A DNA stretch of 20,354 bases, taken from the NCBI GenBank assembly GCA_018985225.1, contig JADGIF010000100.1:1-20354 (forward strand). The letters run 5' to 3'. Origin of the DNA: Amoeboradix gromovi X-113. Its lineage: Eukaryota; Fungi; Sanchytriomycota. Below, one piece after another: positions 18,317 to 20,354 of this stretch; the first letter of the stretch is position 1; the number at the start of each line of letters is the position of its first letter. The notes under the pieces were generated by a model. That model was not told the DNA's origin, ran no database searches, and saw only the letters and a list, made by a program, of their open reading frames with translations. The position numbers and the translations under genes were made by a program.

Positions 18317-19069
18317 ATGAGCATTGATGAGTCCAACCTGGAGTTTTGGATTGCTCAATTTGCCGCTAATGTTAGGTTTAACATTTACTGGGATGTTCAG
18401 AGTAAAATAAAACTTGACTTTATTCCTTTTTATGTCCATGAATACCCAACAATAGTGTTTCTGTCAAATATCAATAGCATAAAACATAGTTATTGTTCTC
18501 TTCATGATGGGCTATTTGCAAATAAAACAGAAAAGGATGCTAACCTACTAATAGTACCATGCAAGACTGAAGCAGCAGCCAGGTTAATGGTTTTAAAAGT
18601 AATTGGCAAACTTTCTGCGACTAAACATGTGTTCTACTTTTATACACCGGAATGCGAACTGTCAAATAATCTAGTGAAGCTGAAAGATTACGGCCAATTT
18701 GAGTGCAAAGTCATTAATCGCCATTTGCATAACAATTTACGCAATTCGCGTAAGAAACAGTACGATACACTATACACTGCTGTGTTTGAAGCACTGTTGT
18801 GTTTCTCATCCAAGAACAGGCACCCTGTCATTTCAAAGGCCGAGTATCAAAATTTGTTTAATTCAATTCCGAATCATGCAGCTATATTTAATCATTTATT
18901 GGAAGATTTTAAACTGGTGGCTGATAAATCACTAAAGCTCTCTAAAGCGTTTGGGCTCAAAGAATATGATGATGAGTTTACTTACCAGATTATAGGGAAG
19001 AGTGGAAAGTTGACACCGGAACAAATTGAATTATTGGGTGCTGACGTCGTCAAGCTTGTACTATATTAG
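18317..19069 (+). CDS. Hypothetical protein (250 aa), possible degenerate NYN/PIN-like domain
   Basis: Long intact ORF in AT-rich DNA, first ATG at 18317, AATAAA at 19081 just after the stop. The fold guess rests on 'FNIYWDVQS...IVPCKTEAAARLM...VFYFYTPECELSNNLVKLKDYGQFECKVI'. Confidence 0.7.
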   Translation: MSIDESNLEFWIAQFAANVRFNIYWDVQSKIKLDFIPFYVHEYPTIVFLSNINSIKHSYCSLHDGLFANKTEKDANLLIVPCKTEAAARLMVLKVIGKLSATKHVFYFYTPECELSNNLVKLKDYGQFECKVINRHLHNNLRNSRKKQYDTLYTAVFEALLCFSSKNRHPVISKAEYQNLFNSIPNHAAIFNHLLEDFKLVADKSLKLSKAFGLKEYDDEFTYQIIGKSGKLTPEQIELLGADVVKLVLY

Positions 19070-20354
19070 TGGCAACTATAAATAAATACAAGTTTAACTA
19101 CCTACTTCCAATGGATTCTCTGTTTCACCCATAACTACCGCAGCATATCACTTATAGCGTGTTCGTCATTCTCGTATCCCGTCTTCGCCTTCCCTCTATG
19201 AGCATCTCTTGTTCTCAGAGCCAATATCTTTTCAACAAAAGTTCACTATACGCATTGTTTTCTTTTCAAATTAGAATCTATAATAACGGCTTTTCTTCAT
19301 TTCCATATAGGGTACCTGGATTTCAGCCATGGAAATTGGCTTGCAAAAAATCTAAACAGATCCGTAGATTTTTTGCGAGTCGGCAGTTTCTCAATGAGAG
19401 ATTCTAGTTCGTTGTTTATTCTTAATGATTTGTTTTCTTCTAAAATGGCGGAAAGGCCCATACTACTTAAACTTTCTAAGAACACTGAGAAAGTAGAACG
19501 AGATGATGCAGAAAATCACTGAAGCTCAAGATATACCTCTTTTAAACCTGGGTTAACACACAGTAGCACCATGTCTACTCCATAACGTTCTGTTTACCAC
19601 AGACCCAGCTAGTTGCTCTAGAAGTAACACTCTCTTATCCTGAGAGAGATAGTTTAAACCCTAAATTTATTAAATTTGAGCTTGGTCGAGGGACATTTCT
19701 GAACAATCCTTTAGGCTTTCCGAATGACTTCCTCAAGTAATTGAACAGTATACCCATCGGTTCTTATGTTGGTATTGTATCAAGCACCTTAATTTGCTTT
19801 AGTTTTGCATACCCAGAATTCATGAGCATTAAAACTCACTAATCAAGAGTGATTTTTTTTCCGTTGACTCATAGGATCTTAATACCCTACCTAAAGCCGA
19901 TACTAACATTATTAGCCTTTATGAGTTCTTAAGCCATGATAGTAATGTGCTCTCAACTTTAGGCAAGGCTTGTTAATGAGTAGTTTAGATTCTATAAATT
20001 TATTTACTGTACTTGATACTATCCAGGCGTTGCTGGCTTCAATAGGTCCTCTGTCTAGATCGACATACTCAAAACGCCTTGCTGTTGAGTCAATTACGCT
20101 GTACTACATTTGACTCTTCAAAAGAAATTAAAGATAGGAGGAATTTCTATCTAATTTAAAGCAGCATGAATTCAGCAATGGTACAGTCTATAAACGAGAA
20201 TTTTATGTAATCGCAAGTAGCATCCCCAGGCTGTTAGGCATAGAAGCAATCTTTAAGACGTATCAAGTAGCGTGCGCAAACTTATTTTTTGTCATGATGA
20301 TTGCCAAATTTGAATACCGGAAAAGTACATATTTCTAAACGTCTTTAATCCATA

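Noticed and set aside
1-20354. CRISPR array, tRNA or rRNA genes
   Set aside because: No spaced direct-repeat array, cloverleaf or rRNA-like conserved sequence was seen by eye; the context is eukaryotic.

Overview
AT-rich eukaryotic nuclear DNA, most likely from a zoosporic early-diverging fungus or close relative (inferred from a flagellar ODAD2/ARMC4 gene together with a Pho80/Pcl-type cyclin and a CAP59/GT69 mannosyltransferase). Two extremely compact gene islands are present. Island 1 (336-5119) holds cyclin, ARMC4, KDM4-type demethylase, SmG and TXNDC17. Island 2 (9090-13208) holds GT69, ArfGAP, a stand-alone MIF4G protein and HDHD1/PUDP. The islands alternate with stretches of decayed sequence: Ty3/gypsy remnants, a two-copy inverted dispersed repeat, a frameshifted Fanzor (TnpB-like RNA-guided nuclease) gene and unidentified coding-like debris. 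One intact orphan ORF has a possible degenerate NYN/PIN fold. The most striking signal is three GT-AG introns of exactly 19 nt with a shared TAA at positions 12-14, one near the 3' end of each of the three longest genes; two of them are needed to restore conserved protein C-termini. Two convergent gene pairs also share the palindrome AATAAATTTATT overlapping stop codons. All family assignments come from motif recognition from memory; no searches were run.
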